Shown here piece after piece: positions 55,652-64,000 of a stretch of 64,000 bases of DNA (positions within the stretch are counted from its first letter, which is position 1; each line of letters starts with the position of its first letter). Both the position numbers and the translations under genes were made by a program. Under the pieces are notes generated by a model. That model was not told the DNA's origin. It ran no database searches and was given only the letters and a program-made list of their open reading frames with translations. This DNA is from Candidatus Pacearchaeota archaeon. Lineage in GTDB: Archaea > Nanobdellota > Nanobdellia > Pacearchaeales > GW2011-AR1. Where the stretch lies: NCBI GenBank assembly GCA_018303885.1, contig JAGVXG010000001.1, positions 11,746 through 75,745 on the forward strand. The letters run 5' to 3'.

Positions 55652-57436
55652 TTATTTCGTTCCATATTTTTCCCAAACTTTCTTAAATTTTGGGGTTTTC
55701 TTCATTTCATCGAAAGTTCCTTCTGCAATAATTTTTCCCTTATCAAACATATAAATATAATCAAAGTTTTTTAGCAAATGCAATCTGTGAATTGAGGATA
55801 TGATTGTTTTTTTACGAAAAACTCTGAACAAAGCCTCATGAATTCTCATCTCATTTAAGCTGTCAACGCTGCTTGTTGGTTCATCCAGCAGCAGGATTTC
55901 ACTTTTCCTTGCCGCTAAAATTCCTCGAGCAAGAGCCAGTCTTTGCTTTTCTCCCCCGCTTAATGAAACACCTTTTTCCAGAACATTTGTATTTAATCCT
56001 TTTTCAAGTCTATCAACCACTTTTCCAAACTGAGCCATGTCAATTACCTTTTCCAAATGCTCTTTCTTAACTTTTAGATCCATTGTAATATTATATTTTA
56101 TAGTATTGTTGAATATTTCAGGGTCTTGGGGAATTAGTGTTATGTGCTGTTTTAATCTTGAAGGCCCATGATTAAGTTTTTTCCCATCGCAGTAAACATC
56201 TCCTTTGTCTGGGGGGTATAACCCCCTCATCAATGATAAGATAGTGCTTTTACCAGAACCACTTTCCCCGATCAAAGCTATTCTCTGCCCTCGCTTAAAA
56301 GAAATATTTACTTTACTTAGGTGTTTCTTCTCACCTTCTTGGTCATACTTAAAATCAAAATTTTTTAATTCTATTTTTTCCCAGTTGGGAGGAAGTTTTT
56401 CTCCAACCTCATTCTTCACTTTTTCAAAAGCCTCTTCAATAGGACGTGCTCCTACAAGCCTTGCATCATAACGAACTATCTCCCCATAAATTTGTGCAAA
56501 TCTTTGGAAGGTTCCACCTGCTCTTTCTAGATATCCATACAAAATGTATAGTGTTCCTATCATTATTACTCCCTCACTGGCATAGTCAGTATATGCTTTA
56601 AAAATCAAGACAACCACAGTCATAAGAGAGATTGCAAGATCTCCAAATCCCCATTTTATTTCGTTTAATACTACAGCTTTCTTGTTTGTATCATGACTTG
56701 CCATTAGCCTATCATTAATTTCTTGGGCAACCGTTTTCTTCAGCCTTAAGGTTATTACGGTGAATATATTGCTTACATAGTCAAAGACTGCTGCCGAAAC
56801 TTTGTTGCTATAAACATTTAATTCTTTGTAATATCCTCTAAGTTTTTTATCAAACTTCATTATTATATATAACACTGCAGAAGAAAAAACAAATGCGAAT
56901 AAAGCAATTTTAAAATCCACGAAAAACAGAATAATCAGAGAACCAAAAATGTTTATTACTGCATAAACTATTTGGAACATAGTGAAACTTGAAAAAGATT
57001 CAATTGATCCGCTTGCCCGATTTATTTTGTCTATAGTATCTCCTGAATGGTGGTCTTTGTGCCATTTTATTGGAAGCTCTAAAATCTGGTTTATTTTTCT
57101 ATTTGTGTAATTATTTCGTACAAAAAACCCTGTTCTTCCTTCGAGAACACGTGCTATTCCATGAAATGCCCAAGATCCAAGCTGTATGAAAAAAATCATT
57201 GAAATCAATATTACTAGTTTTTTGAATTCTGCTTCGGAAGTTATACTATTTTGTATAGAATTAAAAATCAATCCGATAACGAGAGGAGTCATTAGTGCTA
57301 TGATGCCAGATATCGTGAATAGAATGAGAAAAGTTATGAATACATTTCTTCTACTTCCGAGATATTCCCATTCCGTCTTGATAGTATTCCAAATTGGATT
57401 TCCCTTGTCCTGCTTTGACCCCTTTTCCTTCATCAT
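55652..57436 (-). CDS. ABC transporter, fused permease/ATPase exporter (MsbA/MDR-like)
   Basis: 594 aa; 6 TM then Walker A GESGSGKST, signature LSGGEKQRLALARG, Walker B ILLLDEPTS. Confidence 0.85.
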   Translation of the reverse strand: MMKEKGSKQDKGNPIWNTIKTEWEYLGSRRNVFITFLILFTISGIIALMTPLVIGLIFNSIQNSITSEAEFKKLVILISMIFFIQLGSWAFHGIARVLEGRTGFFVRNNYTNRKINQILELPIKWHKDHHSGDTIDKINRASGSIESFSSFTMFQIVYAVINIFGSLIILFFVDFKIALFAFVFSSAVLYIIMKFDKKLRGYYKELNVYSNKVSAAVFDYVSNIFTVITLRLKKTVAQEINDRLMASHDTNKKAVVLNEIKWGFGDLAISLMTVVVLIFKAYTDYASEGVIMIGTLYILYGYLERAGGTFQRFAQIYGEIVRYDARLVGARPIEEAFEKVKNEVGEKLPPNWEKIELKNFDFKYDQEGEKKHLSKVNISFKRGQRIALIGESGSGKSTILSLMRGLYPPDKGDVYCDGKKLNHGPSRLKQHITLIPQDPEIFNNTIKYNITMDLKVKKEHLEKVIDMAQFGKVVDRLEKGLNTNVLEKGVSLSGGEKQRLALARGILAARKSEILLLDEPTSSVDSLNEMRIHEALFRVFRKKTIISSIHRLHLLKNFDYIYMFDKGKIIAEGTFDEMKKTPKFKKVWEKYGTK

Positions 57437-57509
57437 TTTTTAATAAGGGAAATATCACTTATAAAAGTAATTTTTATGCTAAACTATGCGCAGTCCTACG
57501 CCAAAACCA

Positions 57510-58997
57510 CTAAGTATAACTCGGCATTCCATGCGCTTTTTTGTATGTATCAAAAACCCTGAATGTGATATCTTCTGCATTTTTTGATGCAAGCTTTCTT
57601 ATAATTTCTTTTTCTGCATAATTTTCTGGTTTGATTTTCACTTTTTCTTTTTTCGCTTCGGCTTTTTTTTCAGCGGTTTCTGGGCTTGCTGGTTTTGATT
57701 CATAGCCCCCTATTAAAGCAGTGAATGGGTTTGAATCATCTTCTGATTTCTTGCGCTCTTGTTCGTCTTCTTTTTCTTCTAGGAAAAAATTTATTTCTTC
57801 CTGAAGCTGAGCCATGCTTTCTCCTGTTGAGCCTTCTATCAGCCTTAGAACATCACCGACATCAGAAGCATCGATTTCTTCATTAAGTTTTTTGAGCTCG
57901 TCTTCATTAAGAACATAAGACTTAAAAGACACGTCTGCTCTTCCGCCGAAGACATAATGAGACTGCTGACTCACTCTTTGCGGAATTCCGCGAAATCTGA
58001 AATCCACTAGAACACAGCTGTAATAATTTTTTGTCTTTAGTCTTTCAATTTCTTTTGGAAAATTTCCAGAAAGAACTTCTTCATGCACATCAATTTTTTT
58101 CTTGCCGAGAAGCGTTAATTCCAAGACAATAGTGTTGAATGCCTTGACAAGTGCAGGTTCGCGCCCTCCAGTATCCTTCATTTCAAGCTCTTGGGCAGCT
58201 TTTAAGTAGGGCTTAGCCCAGCGTGCGTATAGCTTCAAAGAATTAACCTGGCTGCTCAAATATGTTTTTTCAAGATTATATCTTTTTCTAAGTTCTCCTT
58301 CAGAATGCGCAAGCCAATCATTAAATTCTAAGACTCTCGCGCGAAGAATACGTTTTACACGGTCATTCAAGTCAACAGAATCCACTTCTTTGAGGTCTTT
58401 AACAAAAAGAAATGCGTCTATTAATGTTTGGAATCCCGCTTGTCCGAGAGCCATGGCTTTTATGCTAGAATTCCCTTTATTTATGTCAACCTTGTCCATC
58501 CACAATTGTTTTAATGCAAGAATTGCAGCTTCTTTTTTTTCTGATTTAAGGGCGTCGTAACTGCTTAAACGAATCCTGAATTCCTTAAGATCATAAATAA
58601 TATTCAATACGCTTCTAAGAACAGCATTGATGTCTGCGAGAATTTTTGACCCCTGCTGCTGCATGGCTGTTGCCCTCTGGCCTAATTCAGCAAAATGTCC
58701 TGAGCCAGGAGAAGAGGAAAAATTGTCCATGAATTTTTCTGTTTGTAAGCCAAGGTCGTTCATTAAATCAAGGATAAAGAAATAAACCGGCTCAAGGGTT
58801 TCCGAAGAGGAATCATAAACAAGCTCGTGCTTTGAAATTGGTTTTTCTTTTATTTCTTCTGAGTTAACTGCGCCTAGAGAACCATATTTCTTCAGCAAAT
58901 CCTTGCTGTTTTCTGCATAAAGCTTAGGATTTACCTTTCCGATTATCTGTGAAATTGTGGCGACCAATGTAAGGAACAAAGGTTCCTTGACAGTCAA
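57510..58997 (-). CDS. Hypothetical protein
   Basis: 495 aa; helical, C-terminal acidic/Lys-rich tail. Confidence 0.5.
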   Translation of the reverse strand: MTVKEPLFLTLVATISQIIGKVNPKLYAENSKDLLKKYGSLGAVNSEEIKEKPISKHELVYDSSSETLEPVYFFILDLMNDLGLQTEKFMDNFSSSPGSGHFAELGQRATAMQQQGSKILADINAVLRSVLNIIYDLKEFRIRLSSYDALKSEKKEAAILALKQLWMDKVDINKGNSSIKAMALGQAGFQTLIDAFLFVKDLKEVDSVDLNDRVKRILRARVLEFNDWLAHSEGELRKRYNLEKTYLSSQVNSLKLYARWAKPYLKAAQELEMKDTGGREPALVKAFNTIVLELTLLGKKKIDVHEEVLSGNFPKEIERLKTKNYYSCVLVDFRFRGIPQRVSQQSHYVFGGRADVSFKSYVLNEDELKKLNEEIDASDVGDVLRLIEGSTGESMAQLQEEINFFLEEKEDEQERKKSEDDSNPFTALIGGYESKPASPETAEKKAEAKKEKVKIKPENYAEKEIIRKLASKNAEDITFRVFDTYKKAHGMPSYT

Positions 58998-59133
58998 CCT
59001 CCTTTAAGAAGGCAGAGTCAAGTTCCTAATAGACCTCCTTTATTTTCATACCAATTAAATGTATAATGTCTTTAAAAAATGTTTCTTCCCCCAATACAAC
59101 TAAATTTAAAAATAAAGCCACCTTCTAGCTTTT

Positions 59134-59445
59134 ATGGGATTATTTGGTTTCGGAAGCAAGAGGCAGGAAATTGTCGATCTTGCAGAAAGATACCGACAGA
59201 AAAAAGACAGAGAAGCGTCTGAAGGGGAAGCAGAAAAAAACATAAATGAGGCATTTGAAAAACTCGGGCCTGAAGACGAGGCTTCTGACTCGCTTGTTAG
59301 CCCAGAGGAAAAGAAAAAAAGACTGGCAAAAAGAATTCTTGACATAGTAAACAGGCTCGATGATTTATCGAATAAGATATATCACTTGCAGCAAAGGGTT
59401 GAGCTTCTTGAAAGAAAAGCTGATATTGGACGAGCTGAAAGTTAA
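59134..59445 (+). CDS. Hypothetical coiled-coil protein
   Basis: 103 aa; preferred over antisense 59106..59345. Confidence 0.35.
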   Translation: MGLFGFGSKRQEIVDLAERYRQKKDREASEGEAEKNINEAFEKLGPEDEASDSLVSPEEKKKRLAKRILDIVNRLDDLSNKIYHLQQRVELLERKADIGRAES

Positions 59446-59486
59446 CATTGAATAAGATTTATTAATGCTTTCTGCTTTTTTTAGAG

Positions 59487-60707
59487 ATGATTAAAAACCT
59501 GGAAAAAAAGGCGATGGCATACGCGTTGAAAAACGCGATTGCATATGATGGAGTTGCAAGAATGGGCTCTGTGATTTCTGCGCTATTTAATGAAGGGTTA
59601 AAACCAGAAGAAGTAAAAAAGAATTCTAAAAAAATAAGTGATATTATCGCTGAAGTCAACAATCTTTCAAAAGAACAGCAAGAGAAGGAATTTAAGAAAC
59701 TTGAAGAAGTTGTGCATGTCAGAGAAGGCCGGGAAGGCTTACCGGAATTACCGGGAGCGAAGAAAGGAAAAGTTGTCATGAGGCTCGCTCCGTCTGCCTC
59801 GGGGCCAATGCATGCAGGGCATGCATTAACTTTTTCTTTGTCTTTTCTCTTTGTGAAAGAGTACGGCGGAAAATTATACATGAGAATAGAAGACACAAAT
59901 CCTGAGAATATTTATCCAAAAGCATATGAAATGATTAAAGCAGAGAGTGATTGGCTTTTTGATGGAAGTGCTAAGATTCTCATTCAGTCTGACAGGATGA
60001 AGCTTTATTATGGATATGCAGAAAAACTTATCAAAAAAGATGCTGCCTATGTGTGCACTTGCGATTCTGACAAATTTAAGGAATATATAGGCAAAAAAAC
60101 CAATTGCCCATGCAGAAGGTTTGACATTAAAGAAAATCTTGAGCACTGGAAAAAGATGCTTGACAAAGGCAAGGGTTCTTTTGGAGAGGGGGAAGCTGTT
60201 TTGCGGTTTAAGTCAAAGAATAGCATGCAAGACAAAAACCCTGCAATGAGAGATTTCCCTTTGGCTAGAATTAATTTAACAAAGCATGTAAGGCAGGGAA
60301 ATAAATACAGGGTTTGGCCTTTGATGAATCTCGCTGTTACAGTGGATGACATAGATCTTGAAATGACTCATGTAATTCGTGCTAAAGACCATAGAGATAA
60401 TGCAGAAAGACAGAAAAAAATGTACGAAGCTTTAGGAATTGGGAAAAAATTTCCGTGGACTTCTTTTCTTGGAAGAATAAAATTCAAGGATTTTGAGTTA
60501 TCGACGTCAAAAATGAGAAAAGAAATCGAAGAAGGAAAGTACTCTGGTTGGGACGATCCAAGGCTTCCAACACTTGCTTCTTTGAAAAAACAAGGCTACA
60601 AGCCAAGCGCGTTTTGGAAATTTGCAGAGCGCATTGGCTTGTCGGAAAATGATAAAGTACTCGACAGAAAGGAATTTTTTACATTATTAGATGATTTTAA
60701 TAAATGA
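59487..60707 (+). CDS. gltX: Glutamyl-tRNA synthetase, archaeal/eukaryal-type catalytic core, lacking C-terminal anticodon-binding domain
   Basis: 406 aa; HIGH = PMHAGHA, KMSKS = LSTSKMRK about 65 aa from C-terminus; archaeal GluRS normally about 550-570 aa. Confidence 0.7.
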   Translation: MIKNLEKKAMAYALKNAIAYDGVARMGSVISALFNEGLKPEEVKKNSKKISDIIAEVNNLSKEQQEKEFKKLEEVVHVREGREGLPELPGAKKGKVVMRLAPSASGPMHAGHALTFSLSFLFVKEYGGKLYMRIEDTNPENIYPKAYEMIKAESDWLFDGSAKILIQSDRMKLYYGYAEKLIKKDAAYVCTCDSDKFKEYIGKKTNCPCRRFDIKENLEHWKKMLDKGKGSFGEGEAVLRFKSKNSMQDKNPAMRDFPLARINLTKHVRQGNKYRVWPLMNLAVTVDDIDLEMTHVIRAKDHRDNAERQKKMYEALGIGKKFPWTSFLGRIKFKDFELSTSKMRKEIEEGKYSGWDDPRLPTLASLKKQGYKPSAFWKFAERIGLSENDKVLDRKEFFTLLDDFNK

Positions 60708-60868
60708 TCCACTAGCTTCACTTGTTTAATAGCTTAGCTGTGCTTAGAGTTTTATAAAAACATTGTTAATATAAAAATAGTATATATAGATGATTTAAGT
60801 TAATAATTAGATACAACCGGGCCGAAAGGCGAGCAATTTCGCGAGACTAAATTGCTAACTCTCAACGA

Positions 60869-61393
60869 GTGGGGTTGCGAGTAGAGCAAATACTCGAACA
60901 TAATAACATTTTTAAAGAGGATTTTATTATATATAATATGGAAAGAGGTAAAATGAACAAAAGAGGACTTGATGCGATTGTGACTACTCTTATAATAATC
61001 CTTTTAGCTATAGTAGCCATAGGAATTATTTGGGTAGTTGTAAGGAATGTTGTTCAGCAAGGATCTGAGCAAATTGACATAAGTTCAAAATGCATTGCTG
61101 TTGACTTAAGAGCAGTTAGCGTTTCTCCTGTTTCAGGACAGGTCGGAAACTACTCTGTTACTCTGAATAGAAGAGCTGGAGGAGATGCAATTGGCGGAGT
61201 TAAAGTATCCTTGTTCAATGATACTGCCAATGGTGGAGTTCGTGATTTTGGTGTTACACTGAATGAGCTTGATACAAAAACACAGACAGTAGTTGGAGTT
61301 ACTGAGGCAAATAAGCTTGAATACACTGCTTACTTTGTAGATGCTTCAGGAAATGAACAGCTTTGCTCACAGACTGGAACATTCACTTTCTAA
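60869..61393 (+). CDS. Archaeal type IV pilin-like protein (class III signal peptide); likely start at internal Met about 60944/60959
   Basis: 174 aa; MNKRGLDAIVTTLIIILLAIVAIGIIWVV (KRG then hydrophobic helix), followed by beta-rich domain. Confidence 0.5.
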   Translation: MGLRVEQILEHNNIFKEDFIIYNMERGKMNKRGLDAIVTTLIIILLAIVAIGIIWVVVRNVVQQGSEQIDISSKCIAVDLRAVSVSPVSGQVGNYSVTLNRRAGGDAIGGVKVSLFNDTANGGVRDFGVTLNELDTKTQTVVGVTEANKLEYTAYFVDASGNEQLCSQTGTFTF

Positions 61394-61498
61394 ATTTTTG
61401 TTTTTAATTTTGGGTTTTAATTGGTAGTTGGAGCTTTAGGAATAAATGATTTTAATAGAGAAAGAAACCTTTAAATTACCTTCATTCTTTTAAAGGAG

Positions 61499-61972
61499 AT
61501 GGTTAATTCTCCAGTCTTCAATCCTTACGGAACTCAGACTAAAAAGAGAACATTAGGGCAGAGAGATAAACAGATTCTTTGGAGTCAAGCAAATCATAAG
61601 TGCCAAAATCCTTATTGTCCAAGAAAAGGCAAACATATAGAATTTAACGAAATGCAGATAGGACACAAGACAGCTTTTTCTAGAGGGGGTAATACAACCT
61701 TAAAGAATAGTGTTTGTCTTTGTTACTCTTGTAATAAGCTTCAGGGAACTGATTCTTGGGAGAAGTTTTTAAAGAAACAGGCACAGGCAAAGATACAAGG
61801 AGAACTTAGAAAACCGAGAACTAAAACTCCAAAATCAATATCTAAAACACCAAGAAGTAGACAACCAAGAGTAAAAGAATTCAATCCGTTTGCTGAACCA
61901 AAGTTCAAAGAGCCAAAATGGGATAATGTTAATCTCTTTGGAAAATCAAAGAACCCCTTTGGTAATTTGTAA
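61499..61972 (+). CDS. HNH endonuclease domain protein with basic C-terminal tail
   Basis: 157 aa; CQNPYCPRKG ... IGHKTAFSRGGNTTLKNSVCLCYSCN (HNH with Cys4 zinc site). Confidence 0.6.
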   Translation: MVNSPVFNPYGTQTKKRTLGQRDKQILWSQANHKCQNPYCPRKGKHIEFNEMQIGHKTAFSRGGNTTLKNSVCLCYSCNKLQGTDSWEKFLKKQAQAKIQGELRKPRTKTPKSISKTPRSRQPRVKEFNPFAEPKFKEPKWDNVNLFGKSKNPFGNL

Positions 61973-62140
61973 ATAAGAGAAATAATTAAAAACCCATTTT
62001 CTTTATTAAAATCATGACAGCTAATAGCCGAGGTTATCGGCATAATAGATACTGAATATTTTTCTAGTCGTAGCTGTCTTAATTTTTTTGATATTTCTGG
62101 TAAGGTTTTTATACAACGTTCCCCAAGTATTTTAAATTAT

Positions 62141-62212
62141 GGCGGTTGTAGTTCAATGGTAGAACGCATGACTGTGGCTCGTGAGACGAGAGTTCGATTC
62201 TCTCCTTCCGCC
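62141..62212 (+). tRNA. tRNA-His(GTG) with encoded G-1
   Basis: G-1 + GCGGTTG acceptor / CTTCCGC-C (two U-U mismatches at 5:68, 6:67), D arm GTTC-AATGGTA-GAAC, anticodon stem CATGA/TCGTG loop CTGTGGC, T arm GAGAG-TTCGATT-CTCTC. Confidence 0.6.
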
Positions 62213-62253
62213 CTTACGACGACCACGCTTGGGCGAAGTCAAGAGAGGTTAAC

Positions 62254-62697
62254 ATGAAAAAAACAAGGATACTATTTGTCTGTAAGCATAACAAATTTAG
62301 AAGCAAGATTGCTGAAATTTATTTTAATATGATAAATAAGAATAAGAATGTCATTGCAGGTAGTGCGGGAATTATTAGAGGGGATTCTCTTATAGAGAAA
62401 CAGGTTTTGTTTGTCGCAAAAGAATTTAACATAAACTTAAAAGGAAAACCAAAGGGATTGAGCATAGGCTTAATAAGAAAACAAAACTTAATTATTATTG
62501 TGGCTGATGATGTTCCAAAAAACATATTTGACAGAAAAGAATACATAAATTTCAAAACAACAAAAATAATCGTGTGGAAAATTCCAGACAATCCAGGAGC
62601 TACTAGCATTATCAAATTGAGACAGATTGTAAAGGCAATAATGAAAAAAGTCGAGCAATTAAATAGAGATTTGGAGGAAAGAAAAAATAGAAAATGA
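62254..62697 (+). CDS. Low-molecular-weight protein tyrosine phosphatase / ArsC-like (LMW-PTP fold)
   Basis: 147 aa; CX5R P-loop ILFVCKHNKFRS. Confidence 0.65.
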   Translation: MKKTRILFVCKHNKFRSKIAEIYFNMINKNKNVIAGSAGIIRGDSLIEKQVLFVAKEFNINLKGKPKGLSIGLIRKQNLIIIVADDVPKNIFDRKEYINFKTTKIIVWKIPDNPGATSIIKLRQIVKAIMKKVEQLNRDLEERKNRK

Positions 62698-63845
62698 CAG
62701 AACCAGTTAAGGGCTTTAAAGATTATTCTGGGAAAGAAGCCATTAAGAGAGAAGAAATCAGAAAAATCTTAGTTGAAACTTTTGAAAGATATGGCTTTGA
62801 ACCTGTAGAAACGCCAATAGTTGAACAAGAAGAGTTTGTTCGCGGTGAGAATGTTAGTGATGAAGCTGTCTCTGATATTTTTAAGCTACAAGATAAAGGA
62901 AAAAGAAATCTTGCTTTAAGATACGAATTCACATTTCAACTGAAAAGGCTAATGAAAAACAAAAAACTTCCTTACAAAAGATATCAAATAGGCGAAGTTT
63001 TTCGCGATGAGCCAATTTCTGCAAATAGATTCAGACAATTTACTCAATGTGATGTAGATGTTGTTGGCTCTGGCATAAGGAATGAGGCAGAAGTTCTTGC
63101 TCTTACAAATGAAATAATGATAACTTTGGGAATAAAACCGCTAATTTTGATAAATAATCGCGGGTTGTTAAATGAAATTCTTCAAGATTGCAGAGTAAAA
63201 GAAAAAGACAGGCTTCAAGTTTTAAGAGAAATCGATAAGTATGGAAAAATTTCTGATAAGGAAATTAAACAAAACCTTAAAAAATACAAGGCGGAGAAAG
63301 TCCTTGACACTTTAAAACAAGGCGAAGAATATTTCAATAAATTTCAAGGATATAAACAAATTATAGCATTGATTGAATACTGCAAACTTTATGGTGTTAA
63401 AGTAAAATTTTCTCCAACAGTAATACGCGGGCTTTCATATTACAATGAAAATGTGTTTGAAGTAAAGGCAAAAAACAGTGTTGGAATAAGTAAAGATTCA
63501 ATTGTCGCTGGCGGAAGCTATATGTTTAATGGCATTCAATGCACCGGAATCTCTTTTGGCTTAGAGAGAATTTCTACACTTGCAAAACTTGATAATGTTA
63601 ATGAGAAAGAGAAAATTTTAGTTGTTTCCTTAGGACAAGACAAAGAAACGATAGGTTTAGCACAAAAACTAAGAAAAAACAGAAAGGTTGTTTCTTTATT
63701 TTACGGAAAACCGACCAAGGCACTTGAATATGCTAATTCATATGGCTTTCAAAAAGTTATTTTTGTCGGAGAGAAAGAAATCAAGGCAAAAAAGTTTAAG
63801 GTTAAAAACATGAAGACGGGAAAGGAATCGGAACTGAAGATTTGA
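62694..63845 (+). CDS. hisS: Histidyl-tRNA synthetase
   Basis: 383 aa; N-terminal GFKDYSGKEAIKREEIRKILVETFERYGFEPVETPIVE (HisRS motif 1), AGGSYMF (motif 3-like), C-terminal HGTP anticodon-binding domain; overlaps previous gene by 4 nt. Confidence 0.7.
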   Translation: MTEPVKGFKDYSGKEAIKREEIRKILVETFERYGFEPVETPIVEQEEFVRGENVSDEAVSDIFKLQDKGKRNLALRYEFTFQLKRLMKNKKLPYKRYQIGEVFRDEPISANRFRQFTQCDVDVVGSGIRNEAEVLALTNEIMITLGIKPLILINNRGLLNEILQDCRVKEKDRLQVLREIDKYGKISDKEIKQNLKKYKAEKVLDTLKQGEEYFNKFQGYKQIIALIEYCKLYGVKVKFSPTVIRGLSYYNENVFEVKAKNSVGISKDSIVAGGSYMFNGIQCTGISFGLERISTLAKLDNVNEKEKILVVSLGQDKETIGLAQKLRKNRKVVSLFYGKPTKALEYANSYGFQKVIFVGEKEIKAKKFKVKNMKTGKESELKI

Positions 63846-63891
63846 AGGATAAGTGCATAAATCTTTTAAAGAGAATAAAATATGTTCAGTA

Positions 63892-64000
63892 ATGGCCTTT
63901 GATTTAGCTCAAACATTGGGATGGGTAGCAACAATTCTATTTTCAATTATGATTATTCCACAAATGATTAAAACTTTTAGGACAAAAAATACAGAAGGCG
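63892..64000 (+). CDS. PQ-loop (SemiSWEET/MtN3-like) membrane protein, N-terminal fragment (continues past window)
   Basis: MAFDLAQTLGWVATILFSIMIIPQMIKTFRTK - PQ motif in first TM. Confidence 0.4.
   Translation, partial: MAFDLAQTLGWVATILFSIMIIPQMIKTFRTKNTEG

Noticed and set aside
1-64000. CRISPR arrays, rRNA genes, IS elements with terminal inverted repeats
   Set aside because: There are no regularly spaced short direct repeats and no rRNA-like conserved blocks. The only multi-copy DNA repeat seen is the 2 x 72 bp tandem duplication at 29534..29677, and no transposase-like ORF was recognised.

Overview
This 64 kb window is AT-rich archaeal chromosome and looks DPANN-like. The archaeal calls rest on a thermosome, the archaeal r-proteins S10, L35Ae and L10e, Dph2, and three intron-containing tRNAs (Tyr, Gly and a fragment). 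Other archaeal signs are a class III signal peptide pilin and TATA boxes about 20-30 nt upstream of start codons, which implies leaderless mRNAs.

- **1-12.3 kb:** An extracytoplasmic copper and thiol-redox island. Recognisable parts are a CopA P1B-ATPase, a CopZ HMA chaperone, an ArsR/SmtB regulator, a cupredoxin, a DUF411/CopG protein, a membrane rhodanese and a DsbA. Among them are several uncharacterised small proteins: two paralogous Gly/Met/Tyr-rich membrane peptides flanking copA, Met-rich and CPLC-containing membrane proteins, and three tandem membrane-anchored genes that all end in the same C-terminal -SGGMVGGC tail.
- **12.4-24 kb:** Housekeeping genes. These are Dph2, KsgA, the TrxR-Grx pair, a thermosome operon, a CBS protein and an intron-containing tRNA-Tyr.
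- **24-30 kb:** Accessory-looking DNA. It holds an ADP-ribosyltransferase-fold gene, a Tyr/Asp/Arg-rich anchored protein, a metzincin, tRNA-Asp followed by a higher-GC 420-aa gene, a Hjc-like nuclease and a perfect 2 x 72 bp tandem duplication.
- **30-39 kb:** SerRS, a CPA2 (Kef-type) antiporter and an isolated S10 gene. A higher-GC nucleotide-metabolism trio follows (DNPH1/Rcl-like hydrolase, long ThyX-like protein, thymidylate kinase). After it, a tRNA 3' fragment and an intact tRNA-Ser bracket two orphan genes.
- **39-52 kb:** Surface and membrane proteins, an intron-containing tRNA-Gly, a HepT/MntA toxin-antitoxin pair and tRNA-Val. Two paralogous nucleotidyltransferase-fusion proteins bracket an L35Ae/L10e cluster and some small tandem paralogs.
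- **52-64 kb:** A split TIM-barrel protein, an ABC exporter, a GluRS that lacks its anticodon-binding domain, a pilin, an HNH endonuclease, tRNA-His beside HisRS, and an LMW-PTP/ArsC-like protein.

I saw no rRNA and no CRISPR array. The most novel candidates are the -GGMVGGC tail family in the copper operon and the DNPH1 / ThyX-like / Tmk cluster.
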